Shown here in pieces: positions 1 to 13,466 of a stretch of 64,000 nucleotides of DNA; position 1 is the stretch's first letter, and the number at the start of each line of letters is the position of its first letter. The stretch is taken from assembly GCF_964355755.1 (NCBI RefSeq), contig NC_092670.1, positions 2,718,201 through 2,782,200 of the forward strand, in the 5' to 3' direction. The notes under the pieces are model-generated. The model saw nothing but the letters and a program-made list of their open reading frames with translations, searched no databases and had not been told where the DNA came from. The translations under genes were made by a program, and so were the position numbers. This DNA comes from Antedon mediterranea. Lineage: Eukaryota; Animalia; Echinodermata.

Positions 1-745
1 AAGTGTGTGAATACACATTATTTCAACCAATCATTGTCAATATTGTCATAGTTATCAGATGTGATTATGTGTGGCTTTTCATAATGATAACAGGCCTCAA
101 TTTTTGCATAATACATCTTGTAAATGGTGGATACCTATAACATTTACAAATTGCAAATTAATTTATATTTCAACTTTTGTACACTTTTTTTTACACATTG
201 TTTTATAACTGTAAAACTATCAATTAATTTTTTAGCTTCCATTGTTGCATACAATTTACGGTATTTTTTAGTTATATAATGATATGTCATACAAAACCGT
301 GATGAAACATAAGCAAAATGTATTCATTTTTTCACTTTTATTTACAAAAATATAACTTTGTTATCCTTATTTATTTATAGCAATCAAATTTAAAAATATA
401 CAAAAAAAAAACAGGAAATAAACAAAAAAGTAAATAACAAAAATAAGACTACTTCAGATAATAGGAGGAAAGTAACCTGGGTTACGTAATAAACAAAATC
501 AAATATGTAAAATACATATATATATATATATATATTTATATATTGTAACATGCAGTTGAGTGTACTTTGGTTCAAAACTATATGACCCAATCATGTGACC
601 CAAGACAAACATATACTGACAAGATGGGAAAATCTAAAATCTTGATGCATAAATATACAATATAAATGTGCATGCTCTTCAAAACTGTAGATACAAAAAA
701 AATCTGCAGGAAAAAAAAAATGAGTGTAGGATATAGTAAACAAAT

Positions 746-3700
746 ACACCTTGAGAGTTTCTGGTTTAAACCATGGGCAGACTTGCCTCCAAAGAAGTAC
801 TAGTTACTAATATACCTTGAGAGTTTCTGGTTTAAACCATGAGCAGACTTACCTCCAAAGAAGTACTATTCACTAATATACCTTGAGAGTTTCTGGTTTA
901 AACTATGGACAGACTTGCCTCCAAAGAAGTACTAGTTACTAATATACCTTGAGAGTTTCTGGTTTAAACCATGGACAGACTTACCTCCAAAGAAGTACTA
1001 TTCACTAATATACCTTGAGAGTTTCTGGTTTAAACCATGGGCAGACTTGCCTCCAAAGAAGTACTAGTTACTAATATACCTTGAGAGTTTCTGGTTTAAA
1101 CCATGGACAGACTTACCTCCAAAGAAGTACTATTCACTAATATACCTTGAGAGTTTCTGGTTTAAACCATGGGCAGACTTGCCTCCAAAGAAGTACTAGT
1201 TACTAATATACCTTGAGAGTTTCTGGTTTAAACCATGGACAGACTTGCCTCCAAAGAAGTACTAGTTACTAATATACCTTGAGAGTTTCTGGTTTAAACC
1301 ATGGACAGACTTACCTCCAAAAAAGTACTATTCACTAATATACCTTGAGAGTTTCTGGTTTAAACCATGGGCAGACATGCCTCCAAAGAAGTACTAGTTA
1401 CTAATATACCTTGAGAGTTTCTGGTTTAAACCATGGACAGACTTGCCTCCAAAGAAGTACTATTCACTAATATACCTTGAGAGTTTCTGGTTTAAACCAT
1501 GGACAGACTTGCCTCCAAAGAAGTACTAGTTACTAATACACCTTGAGAGTTTCTGGTTTAAACCATGGACAGACTTGCCTCCAAAGAAGTACTAGTTACT
1601 AATATACCTTGAGAGTTTCTGGTTTAAACCATGAGCAGACTTGCCTCCAAAGAAGTACTAGTTACTAATATACCTTGAGAGTTTCTGGTTTAAACCATGA
1701 GCAGACTTGCCTCCAAAGAAGTACTAGTTACTAATATACCTTGAGAGTTTCTGGTTTAAACCATGAGCAGACTTGCCTCCAAAGAAGTACTAGTTACTAA
1801 TATACCTTGCGAGTTTCTGGTTTAAACCATGGACAGACTTACCTCCAAAGAAGTACTAGTTACTAATACACCTTGAGAGTTTCTGGTTTAAACCATGAGC
1901 AGACTTGCCTCCAAAGAAGTACTAGTTACTAATATACCTTGAGAGTTTCTGGTTTAAACCATGAGCAGACTTGCCTCCAAAGAAGTACTAGTTACTAATA
2001 TACCTTGAGAGTTTCTGGTTTAAACCATGAGCAGACGTGCCTCCAAAGAAGTACTAGTTACTAATATACCTTGAGAGTTTCTGGTTTAAACCATGGACAG
2101 ACTTGCCTCCAAAGAAGTACTAGTTACTAATATACCTTGAGAGTTTCTGGTTTAAACCATGAGCAGACTTGCCTCCAAAAGAAGTATTATTCACTAATAT
2201 ACCTTGAGAGTTTCTGGTTTAAACCATGAGCAGACTTGCCTCCAAAGAAGTACTAGTTACTAATATACCTTGAGAGTTTCTGGTTTAAACCATGGACAGA
2301 CTTGCCTCCAAAGAAGTATATTCACTAATATACCTTGAGAGTTTCTGGTTTAAACCATGGACAGACTTGCCTCCAAAGAAGTACTAGTTACTAATATACC
2401 TTGAGAGTTTCTGGTTTAAACCATGAGCAGACTTGCCTCCAAAGAAGTACTAGTTACTAATATACCTTGAGAGTTTCTGGTTTAAACCATGGACAGACTT
2501 GCCTCCAAAGAAGTACTAGTTACTAATATACCTTGAGAGTTTCTGGTTTAAACCATGGACAGACTTGCCTCCAAAGAAGTACTAGTTACTAATATACCTT
2601 GAGAGTTTCTGGTTTAAACCATGGACAGACTTGCCTCCAAAGAAGTACTAGTTACTAATATACCTTGAGAGTTTCTGGTTTAAACCATGGACAGACTTGC
2701 CTCCAAAGAAGTACTAGTTACTAATATACCTTGAGAGTTTCTGGTTTAAACCATGGACAGACTTGCCTCCAAAGAAGTACTAGTTACTAATATACCTTGA
2801 GAGTTTCTGGTTTAAACCATGGATAGACTTGCCTCCAAAGAAGTACTATTCACTAATATACCTTGAGAGTTTCTGGTTTAAACTATGGGCAGACTTGCCT
2901 CCAAAGAAGTACTAGTTACTAATATACCTTGAGAGTTTCTGGTTTAAACCATGAGCAGACTTGCCTCCAAAGAAGTACTAGTTACTAATATACCTTGAGA
3001 GTTTCTGGTTTAAACCATGGACAGACTTGCCTCCAAAGAAGTACTAGTTACTAATATACCTTGAGAGTTTCTGGTTTAAACCATGAGCAGACTTGCCTCC
3101 AAAGAAGTACTAGTTACTAATATACCTTGAGAGTTTCTGGTTTAAACCATGGACAGACTTGCCTCCAAAGAAGTACTAGTTACTAATATACCTTGAGAGT
3201 TTCTGGTTTAAACCATGGACAGACTTGCCTCCAAAGAAGTACTAGTTACTAATATACCTTGAGAGTTTCTGGTTTAAACCATGGACAGACTTGCCTCCAA
3301 AGAAGTACTAGTTACTAATATACCTTGAGAGTTTCTGGTTAAAACCATGGACAGACTTGCCTCCAAAGAAGTACTAGTTACTAATATACCTTGAGAGTTT
3401 CTGGTTTAAACCATGAGCAGACTTGCCTCCAAAGAAGTACTAGTTACTAATATACCTTGAGAGTTTCTGGTTTAAACCATGGACAGACTTACCTCCAAAG
3501 AAGTACTATTCACTAATATACCTTGAGAGTTTCTGGTTTAAACCATGGGCAGACTTGCCTCCAAAGAAGTACTAGTTACTAATATACCTTGAGAGTTTCT
3601 GGTTTAAACCATGGACAGACTTGCCTCCAAAGAAGTACTATTCACTAATATACCTTGAGAGTTTCTGGTTTAAACCATGGGCAGACTTGCCTCCAAAGAA

Positions 3701-6370
3701 GTACTAGTTACTAATACACCTTGAGAGTTTCTGGTTTAAACCATGGACAGACTTGCCTCCAAAGAAGTACTAGTTACTAATATACCTTGAGAGTTTCTGG
3801 TTTAAACCATGAGCAGACTTGCCTCCAAAGAAGTACTAGTTACTAATATACCTTGAGAGTTTCTGGTTTAAACCATGAGCAGACTTGCCTCCAAAGAAGT
3901 ACTAGTTACTAATATACCTTGAGAGTTTCTGGTTTAAACCATGGGCAGACTTGCCTCCAAAGAAGTACTAGTTACTAATACACCTTGAGAGTTTCTGGTT
4001 TAAACCATGGACAGACTTGCCTCCAAAGAAGTACTAGTTACTAATATACCTTGAGAGTTTCTGGTTTAAACCATGAGCAGACTTGCCTCCAAAGAAGTAC
4101 TAGTTACTAATATACCTTGAGAGTTTCTGGTTTAAACCATGAGCAGACTTGCCTCCAAAGAAGTACTAGTTACTAATATACCTTGAGAGTTTCTGGTTTA
4201 AACCATGAGCAGACTTGCCTCCAAAGAAGTACTAGTTACTAATATACCTTGAGAGTTTCTGGTTTAAACCATGAGCAGACTTGCCTCCAAAGAAGTACTA
4301 GTTACTAATATACCTTGAGAGTTTCTGGTTTAAACCATGGACAGACTTGCCTCCAAAGAAGTACTAGTTACTAATACACCTTGAGAGTTTCTGGTTTAAA
4401 CCATGAGCAGACTTGCCTCCAAAGAAGTACTAGTTACTAATATACCTTGAGAGTTTCTGGTTTAAACCATGAGCAGACTTGCCTCCAAAGAAGTACTAGT
4501 TACTAATATACCTTGAGAGTTTCTGGTTTAAACCATGAGCAGACTTGCCTCCAAAGAAGTACTAGTTACTAATATACCTTGAGAGTTTCTGGTTTAAACC
4601 ATGGACAGACTTGCCTCCAAAGAAGTACTAGTTACTAATATACCTTGAGAGTTTCTGGTTTAAACCATGAGCAGACTTGCCTCCAAAGAAGTACTATTCA
4701 CTAATATACCTTGAGAGTTTCTGGTTTAAACCATGAGCAGACTTGCCTCCAAAGAAGTACTAGTTACTAATATACCTTGAGAGTTTCTGGTTTAAACCAT
4801 GGACAGACTTGCCTCCAAAGAAGTATATTCACTAATATACCTTGAGAGTTTCTGGTTTAAACCATGGACAGACTTGCCTCCAAAGAAGTACTAGTTACTA
4901 ATATACCTTGAGAGTTTCTGGTTTAAACCATGAGCAGACTTGCCTCCAAAGAAGTACTAGTTACTAATATACCTTGAGAGTTTCTGGTTTAAACCATGGA
5001 CAGACTTGCCTCCAAAGAAGTACTAGTTACTAATATACCTTGAGAGTTTCTGGTTTAAACCATGGACAGACTTGCCTCCAAAGAAGTACTAGTTACTAAT
5101 ATACCTTGAGAGTTTCTGGTTTAAACCATGGACAGACTTGCCTCCAAAGAAGTACTAGTTACTAATATACCTTGAGAGTTTCTGGTTTAAACCATGGACA
5201 GACTTGCCTCCAAAGAAGTACTAGTTACTAATATACATTGAGAGTTTCTGGTTTAAACCATGGACAGACTTGCCTCCAAAGAAGTACTAGTTACTAATAT
5301 ACCTTGAGAGTTTCTGGTTTAAACCATGGACAGACTTGCCTCCAAATAAGTACTAGTTACTAATATACCTTGAGAGTTTCTGGTTTAAACCATGGACAGA
5401 CTTGCCTCCAAAGAAGTACTATTCACTAATATACCTTGAGAGTTTCTGGTTTAAACTATGGGCAGACTTGCCTCCAAAGAAGTACTAGTTACTAATATAC
5501 CTTGAGAGTTTCTGGTTTAAACTATGGGCAGACTTGCCTCCAAAGAAGTACTAGTTACTAATATACCTTGAGAGTTTCTGGTTTAAACCATGGACAGACT
5601 TGCCTCCAAAGAAGTACTAGTTACTAATATACCTTGAGAGTTTCTGGTTTAAACCATGGACAGACTTGCCTCCAAAGAAGTACTAGTTACTAATATACCT
5701 TGAGAGTTTCTGGTTTAAACCATGGACAGACTTGCCTCCAAAGAAGTACTAGTTACTAATATACCTTGAGAGTTTCTGGTTTAAACCATGGACAGACTTG
5801 CCTCCAAAGAAGTACTAGTTACTAATATACCTTGAGAGTTTCTGGTTTAAACCATGGACAGACTTGCCTCCAAAGAAGTACTAGTTACTAATATACCTTG
5901 AGAGTTTCTGGTTTAAACCATGGGCAGACTTGCCTCCAAAGAAGTACTAGTTACTAATATACCTTGAGAGTTTCTGGTTTAAACCATGGGCAGACTTGCC
6001 TCCAAAGAAGTACTAGTTACTAATATACCTTGAGAGTTTCTGGTTTAAACCATGGACAGACTTGCCTCCAAAGAAGTACTAGTTACTAATATACCTTGAG
6101 AGTTTCTGGTTTAAACCATGGACAGACTTGCCTCCAAAGAAGTACTAGTTACTAATATACCTTGAGAGTTTCTGGTTTAAACCATGGACAGACTTGCCTC
6201 CAAAGAAGTACTAGTTACTAATATACCTTGAGAGTTTCTGGTTTAAACCATGGACAGACTTGCCTCCAAAGAAGTACTAGTTACTAATACTATAGTAAAC
6301 AAATATACCTTGAGAGTTTCTGATTTAAACCATGGACAGACTTGCCTCCAGAGAAGTACTATTCACTATG
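746..6370. repeat. 66-bp tandem satellite, about 85 copies
   Basis: Unit CCTTGAGAGTTTCTGGTTTAAACCATGGACAGACTTGCCTCCAAAGAAGTACTAGTTACTAATATA repeated head-to-tail with few variant sites (GGA/GAG/GGG; TAGTTAC/TATTCAC); no spacers. Confidence 0.97.
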
Positions 6371-7360
6371 CTATTACTATTTGGAAGCACCGATCAACCC
6401 ATAGTTTTAACTAGAAAGTAGGCAACCAATGTATATTTGTTTTTATATTGTGGATCAAACATTTTAACACACCTAATGTTCTAATGTAAACTTTTTTTCA
6501 ATTTATCCGTCACTTAGAATCGAATTTCAAAAGGCTCTAGGCTATTTAAGAATGTGGCACTCTACAGGTTGGTTCAACTACAAAAAAAGCTGGATGTGCA
6601 GTAGTAGTCATGTGACGTCATTTATTATTTGTTAAACAATAATCTAAAATATATTTAATTATATTTTAGATTATTGTTTAACAAATAGTTGGTTAACAAT
6701 AGTAAATGGTTCAGCGAGGTTTTCTCACAAAATACTCCCATACCAATGGTTGAACCAATTCTCCAAAATAATACCTCCCCCCCCCCCTTGGTGGGGCATT
6801 AAATTTCAACTGGCTCTCTTTATAAACAAAAACCCAAGTTAACTTCCCTTGCAAATAACTTTATACAAATAAGATAATTCAATACTGAAGTTGACAGCAT
6901 ATTCACAAAACCACCAAAATTATCCTATTCCAATGGTTGAGCAGATTTAGCTCCTATTATGGAATATCTCATGTGAATGGTTGATCAAAATCCTATAAAA
7001 TCCTCAGAGTGCTATGCCTACTATTATTATTATTGTAAATTAAGAAAGCCTTGCATAAGTTATTTAGGCCTATGCCTTGCAGAAGGATTAGAACACGATA
7101 AGATCTAACTTAGGTCACTGAGGTGGAACCCCTACATTTAACACATTCAGACTAGGTGGGTACTAGAACATAAGATAAGATCTAACTTGGTTCACTGAGG
7201 TGGGACCCCTACATTTAACACATTCAGACTTGTGGTGGTACTATAGCATCCTACGGACCCTAACACACATACCTAACGAAGTAAAGTCCTATTTCTATCC
7301 TAGTGTAACATTAGGATAACGTATCTCAACGTATCAATTTCTATTCTAGTCTTCTTGTAG

Positions 7361-7810
7361 CCTAGAATAACGGCTTGAAACGTATCTCTTATTTTCTATT
7401 TTAGGGAACCCTAAAATAACGGCTTGAAACGTATCTCTTATTTTCTATTTTAGGGAACACCCTAGAATAACGGCTTGAAACGTATCTCTTATTTTCTATT
7501 TCAAGGAACACCCTAAAATAACGGCTTGAAACGTATCTCGTATTTTCTATTGTAGGGAACACCCTAGAATAACGGCTTGAAACGTATCTCTTATTTTCTA
7601 TTTTAGGGAACACCCTAGAATAACGGCTTGAAACGTATCTCTTATTTTCTATTTCAAGGAACACCCTAAAATAACGGCTTGAAACGTATCTCTTATTTTC
7701 TATTTTAGGGAACACCCTAGAATAACGGCTTGAAACGTATCTCTTATTTTCTATTTTAGGGAACACCCTAGAATAACGGCTTGAAACGTATCTCTTATTT
7801 TCTATTTTAA
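7361..7810. repeat. 51-bp minisatellite, about 9 copies, with a further copy near 7993-8045
   Basis: Unit CCTAGAATAACGGCTTGAAACGTATCTCTTATTTTCTATTTTAGGGAACAC; it produces the spurious 17-aa repeat ORF 7401-7766. Sequence ~7820-7930 is duplicated at ~8045-8155. Confidence 0.93.
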
Positions 7811-8360
7811 AGAACTCTCAAAAATATCTATTTTCAACGAATCACTGATAGCAAAGCCTGTACCAATTCACGTATTTCCCTTCTGGCGTGATGACAGAGT
7901 ACGACACTTAGCTTTATTATCTTTGTTTTCTTAGTAGTTCAACTGAGGAATTCCAGGAACATTGGTTTCTCTTCTAGTCAGTCTTTTTCTAGCCTAGAAT
8001 AACGGCTTGAAACGTATCTCTTAATTTCTATTTTAGGGAACACCCAAAAATATCGATTTTCAACGAATCACTGATAGCAAAGCCTGTACGTACTAATTCA
8101 CGTATTTCACTAGCGTGATAACAGAGTACGACACTTAGCTTCGTTATCTTTGTTTTTTCCACTTTTTCAGTTCGTTTCTTGTTGACGTACGTACACACAC
8201 AACAGTGTTAAAAGAAATGATGACAATCTGAGGTAGGTTTGTCTCATTAGAGTGCAATGTTGAATGAACTATACCATTACCGGGTGGGGTTATTTTATGT
8301 TAAAGTTCTTCTTGTAATATTTTCCTCTCTTCGGAGAGAGAGAGGGGCTATCCAGGTAAG

Positions 8361-8603
8361 CAGTGGCATAACCCAGGTTCCAACGCTGGAAGTCTTGGAT
8401 GTTTTAAGCCCTTTTGGCATATTTTAAAGCCCATATTTCCTCTGGGCACTGCTAAGGGGCCACCACAAGCTCCAAGTTCCAACACAGTATGCTTCGTTTT
8501 TAGCTTTTTTTTTTGGCATATTCGAATGCCCGTTTTCCTCTCTAAGCACTGCTAAGGGGCCCCTGGGTTTAGCCAGTGAGCGCTCATAGCCGTTATGCCA
8601 CTG
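8361..8603. mobile_element. hAT-like MITE
   Basis: TIRs CAGTGGCATAAC...GTTATGCCACTG; 8-bp flanks CAGGTAAG / CAGGTATG (TSD with one mismatch). Confidence 0.75.
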
Positions 8604-9959
8604 CAGGTATGCTGCACTCATCATAGACTACCAACACCACTGTTGGTTTGTGTAGTCTAACTTGGGTCATTGAGGGAATGGAAATATCAATTATCTAAAA
8701 TCATCAATGCATAACTTCATTATTCATTTTCTTTTCATCAAGTTTCTTAATGGATTCATTCATCTTGTCTCCTACTCTTGATGTTGAGCTCGCTGATTAC
8801 CATTTTCATCTTGTTTAGAATTCTTTGGGAATGTTCATCACACCATCCAGATACTGTTGTTTTTGCTGGCTGATAATTCTACAACAAAGTAAATACAAAT
8901 TGTTATGTTTTTGGTTTTATATATATAAATTTATATAAATTTGAAAAATATAAGAAATAGGAAAAAGTTGTTATTAAAATACCATAACAATAATTCAATT
9001 TTTTAATTCAATAATTAAATTTCGCCATAATATTCATTGCTGGCCTATATACCTTAACTTGTGCGCTCGCATCGCGAGGTTTATAGCGTAAGCCTGCCTG
9101 GAGGAGTAGAATATAAGACCACAGCGTTGATAGTCTTAGGCTTAGACTTTATATTGCAACAGGCTTAAGTCTAGGACATTTAGTGCAAACCGCACCTCGT
9201 ATTTTCGCCCATGAGTTAGATGTATATATACCATACTGTAAACAGTCTATAAATGCCTCAATACAATCAAATAAGAACTGTAAATCACAATTAACAAATA
9301 ATAATGTGAACGAGGAATTACAATTCTGCAATAAAAGTCTAAATAAGTAGAATATTAGGACCCCCAACTCTATTGGAATAAAACATACTTTCTGCATTGC
9401 TTTATGGTCCAGCTTTACTTCTTGATTGTTTACCTATAAAGAAGGAATTTTAGGAAAGTAATTACTATAATATAACATTGTATTTAAACTTTCATACATT
9501 TTTCCTGTAATTTTTGACATTTTGTAAAAATAATGCATATTACTTTAAAAACATTCTTGTCTTAAGAAATCTGTTCAAAATCTGCAAAAATAGTGACTTG
9601 ATCATCAATGTTTTTTAGTATTATCACAAATTTATGTTTCTTTTTTTTATTATCCTTCTCTGTAACACTTAAGGTTGAAAATCACTGTTTGACATGAGAC
9701 TGATATTGATAAAATGATTCATTCATTCATAAAATTAATAATTGTTTGGTGATTTAGATGATTAAACAAAGCTTGCAACAAAATCTAAAGGAGTTACCAC
9801 AAGCAATGTTTGATTTACAAGAATGTAATTACCATTTGAATCTAAAATCAATTTGGATATATTTACTTTAACCGTTGCATTAAACACGTAAATATAACAA
9901 AAACAATAATATAAAAAACAAGTTAAATTAAAAGACTATGATTGACTTATATAGTTATT

Positions 9960-10310
9960 TGGTTTAACAGAAATGTGATTTAACATTTTTCTTAAAATTA
10001 AATTTGTTTTCTATTTGCTGAATGGAATGAGGTAGGTTATTCCATGCCTTTATGCCTGTATAATAAAACGTTTTAGATATTTGACTATCAGATTTAGGAA
10101 CTGAAAAACCATTGACACTACTTCTAGTCATATAATGGTGGTTAGATGAAACTCTTTTAAACTTTTCAGTCAAATAAGGTACTGATTTTCCATAAAAAAT
10201 CTTATGAACATGATTAAGTTTGAGTTGGCAAATTCTATCCTCTAGACATAATTGACCGATTTGGTTCAGTTCGTCTTTACCAATATGTGCACGATTATTT
10301 TTATTTAATA
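9960..10310 (-). mobile_element. CR1/L2-type LINE 3' fragment
   Basis: ORF 9964-10173 reads HHYMTRSS...SKTFYYTGIKAWNNLPHSIQQ...FKKNVKSHF, the typical CR1/L2 ORF2 C-terminus. Confidence 0.8.
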
Positions 10311-10601
10311 TAAACCTAGCAACTTTATTTTGAGTGGTTTGAAGTCTTTGTTTAAGTTTTTTAGAAACACCTGAAAACCAGGTGTATAATTAACTAATCC
10401 ATTTGCTAATTGTTGTTTAAATGTCAGAATATACATACTACTTTCACAAATGTTATATGCGACAAACAACCAGTAGTAGTAAAACCTACTGATCATAAAA
10501 TTAAGAAATAAAAATGAGATGCAAAACAAATTGTTTTCAGAATGAATCAATAAAACAATTCCACATACCTGTCGTGTTGTACCAACATTTATCATGTTGC
10601 A

Positions 10602-10630
10602 CTAGTTTGGTGCTTCACTGACTTGGACTA
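10602..10630 (-). CDS. Roco gene, probable last coding exon (VVQVSEAPN*)
   Basis: AG acceptor in phase 1; stop at 10604-10602; a GT donor follows near 10568. Confidence 0.5.
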
Positions 10631-10881
10631 CTTGAGGATAATAAAAAAATAGATGTACACATTTTTTCATTGTTATTGAATTATGAAAAATATGTATACT
10701 TAATAAATTGAAGAAGTAAATGTTAGGCCACACATTATTGTTTAAGACAAAGACACTATGAGTTGCAACTTTGTTCAATGTGGTTATTAAAAAAATTAGG
10801 TGCATCATCAATGTGACTGTATTAAAAATATTACAGATGTTGAGTCTATGGCAACATAGATTATGTTAATGTCATGAATAC

Positions 10882-11394
10882 CTTTTATTAGAACTTGCAA
10901 AGGTCCTGTAAGTTCTAGGCGCTTCATTTTCCCAATGAATGGTTGCATATTTTCCTCACAGATTATATTTCTTTCTTCAAGGTCCATAATCAAATGCCAT
11001 TTATCCTCATAATCCTGTTCTGCCCTATTAAAATGCGAATTTATTGTTTTCACATTCTTTTTGGTCAGCTTATCACCAAACTTGATCAACATCAGTCTGT
11101 GATCAGTGAATTTTGTAATGGTAATATCTTTCACATTTGTGAATGCTCCAATTTCTTCTTGAATGTCCTTTGCCAATCCAAATTGTTCTGTTGCTTTTAT
11201 AGTGTCATAAAACAAACTGAAGTCACATTTTGTCAGCTTTTGTTTGTCCATTAAGAAAAGTAGTAGCTGAGTTGTGTTATCTGCTTCATCTAACTCACCA
11301 GTTGACAGGAGGTCTTTATACAAAAGTTTCAGCTTATTAAGATAATGCCGATGATCATACCACTGTGAAAATCTATCTTTAATCAGTTCAAAGT
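10882..11394 (-). CDS. Roco gene exon: C-terminal tandem DED-like module
   Basis: 513-bp phase 1-1 exon DFELIKDRFSQWYDHRHYLNKLKLLYKDLL...WHLIMDLEERNII...; colinear with the N-terminal module at 59171-59677. Confidence 0.85.
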
Positions 11395-11496
11395 CTACAA
11401 AAATAAAAAAAACAGAAATATAAAAAATAATGATACCGTTACAGTACAGTTGAATAAAACTTTGAGTAATATTAGAATAATATAAAAGAATTAATA

Positions 11497-12391
11497 TCTA
11501 TATTATAAGTGAGAGTGTTTGTTCGTTATACAAATTTTTGTTACTGCACGTAACCTTACATGTGGGGTATTGCAATTGTACCGGGAAGGCTCTAAACTAT
11601 ATTTCAAAAAGTCCGGGATTGGATGGGAGAGGGGGTTTGGGGGATAGGGTGTGGGAGTTGGGGTTCAGAAGATAGTGGGAATTTTGCTTAGGCTAGGGGT
11701 AGTAGGCTATCACATTGATCAGAATTGTGGTGGGAAAATGTATTTTTATTATCCCTGGGAAGGGGCTGGGAGTTTGGGGTGTGGGCCTATCACCATGACC
11801 GAAACTGTATTGGAATTGGAAATGTTTTAAACTACATTTGAAAACTGCCACTGAGGGATTATGGGTTGGGAGTGATGGCTAACATAATTTGTACTGGAAC
11901 CGTCCTAAACACATCACCCAGTATCTGGGGTGTGTTTGGAGGGGGGGGGGGGGGCAATTAGGAGCGAAAATACTGGCGTAATGAAGTAGCCTATTTGATT
12001 GGAATTGTACTAGGAAAAGTTACTATATTTGAACTGTCCAGGGGAGGAGTTAAGGTTTGTTGATTGTGGCTGGGATGGTGAGAGGAGAAAGAAGGCTGGG
12101 GGACCGCAGTATCTAAATTAGATATGTTAATTATCAGCTAATATGACACCTATTCATTTACACAGATTACAATGTACTTAACCCATAGGCCTATCATAGC
12201 TATGTATACCCCTCTCAATTTGAAGCTAAAGTTGAATTGAATTTGTCCGTCAGTGGGAAGAATTTGTTTTTAACAATGAGTGTGGGGTGTTATTGAAGAC
12301 AGGTAGAGGTTGGTGAGTATTGGGAGATACTGGCGTTGGCTTTAAGTACTGAGAAGGCTTTAAACTAATTTGGGGTGGGTATAATTGCTAG
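11497..12391 (+). mobile_element. Non-autonomous Helitron-like repeat, copy 1
   Basis: Begins A|TCTATATTATAAG and ends CTAG|T; homologous to the interrupted copy at 25981-31400. Confidence 0.6.
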
Positions 12392-12525
12392 TGATTAATA
12401 TAATCATCAATCCTTCAGCTTTTATTTCATGATTTCATTTATTTATCACCAATACAATATAATGTTTTAGAATGCCATAAAAAAATGTATACTGCCATCA
12501 AAAACCCTATTAACAACTAATTTAC

Positions 12526-12555
12526 CTTCATCTTGCAGCTGTTGAGTTACAGGAG
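12526..12555 (-). CDS. Roco gene 30-bp linker exon (APVTQQLQDE)
   Basis: Polypyrimidine/AG acceptor, GTAAAT donor, phase 1-1, open frame. Confidence 0.7.
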
Positions 12556-12772
12556 CTATAAAAATAAAAAGATATTTACAAAATCTACTCTGCAGATATG
12601 ATGATTTACTATGTAACATCTAATGTTGTACCAATTTCCTATGTTTGAATTTACAGTTAAAGAATTTTGTTTTGGAAATTTACTCTGAATTGCAATTCAC
12701 CTGTTTAAATCATTTTCAACCAAGCTCTAAATAATTTATTAAATAGCTTTATTGATTATATTCATTTCAAGC

Positions 12773-13217
12773 TTAAAGGAAAACTTTACCGAGGACCATA
12801 TTTTAACAACGTGTTAGGGATGTACATGTGACTTCAGAACCATCGCGAGATTAAGGATATCGCCGTACGCGCTCGCCGTACAGCCGTCGCCGTAAATTGC
12901 TTTGACGTCACAGGTGCATCGCAAAATTTACATCATGAGTTTTCTGGCAAAGTTTGGCAAATCGCGAAAATTTCTATTAAACACACTTTGTAAATAAATC
13001 GTAAAAAATATAAATGTTGATTTTTTGATTGTTTCTTTTGCTTATCTGGACTCATTAAAAAGATTTTGCGATGCACCTGTGACGTCACAGCATTTTACGG
13101 CGGTGGCTGTACGGCGAGCACATGCGGCGATATCCTTAATCTCGCGATGGTTCTGAAATCATATGTACATCCCTAATACGTTGTTAAAATATGATCCTCA
13201 GTCAAGTTGTCCTTTAA
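12773..13217. mobile_element. Palindromic MITE with TTAA target duplication (Kolobok-like)
   Basis: TTAAAGGA...TCCTTTAA with inverted arms of ~170 bp around a short AT-rich centre. Confidence 0.8.
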
Positions 13218-13344
13218 TTGTACATATTTCTTAATCTTTTATAATGCGTTATTACTCCTATAAACAACAACAAAAAACAATACATTTACTAATAATTGTC
13301 TTACTCTTATCAATAATTGCCACAAAGACAAGAAATACATTTAC

Positions 13345-13463
13345 CTTGTACATCGCCAAACCGTTCACGATAACGTGTCACATCCATTTTCTTTCTTCCA
13401 CAAGGTAAATAATCTTTGTCAAACTTGCTAATAGGATGCATATGAGCTTTTTGACAACACACA
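13345..13463 (-). CDS. Roco gene COR C-terminal exon, 3' half (after the Academ insertion)
   Basis: VCCQKAHMHPISKFDKDYLPCGRKKMDVTRYRERFGDVQ followed by a GTAAAT donor; joins in frame with 16893-16975 once the element and one TSD copy are removed. Confidence 0.85.
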
Positions 13464-13466
13464 CAA

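Noticed and set aside
746-6370. CRISPR-like array
   Set aside because: Units are contiguous and near-identical with no unique spacers, there are no cas genes, and the context is eukaryotic.
7401-7766. 121-aa repeat protein ORF
   Set aside because: By-product of a 51-bp minisatellite that lacks stops in one frame; no splice or start context.
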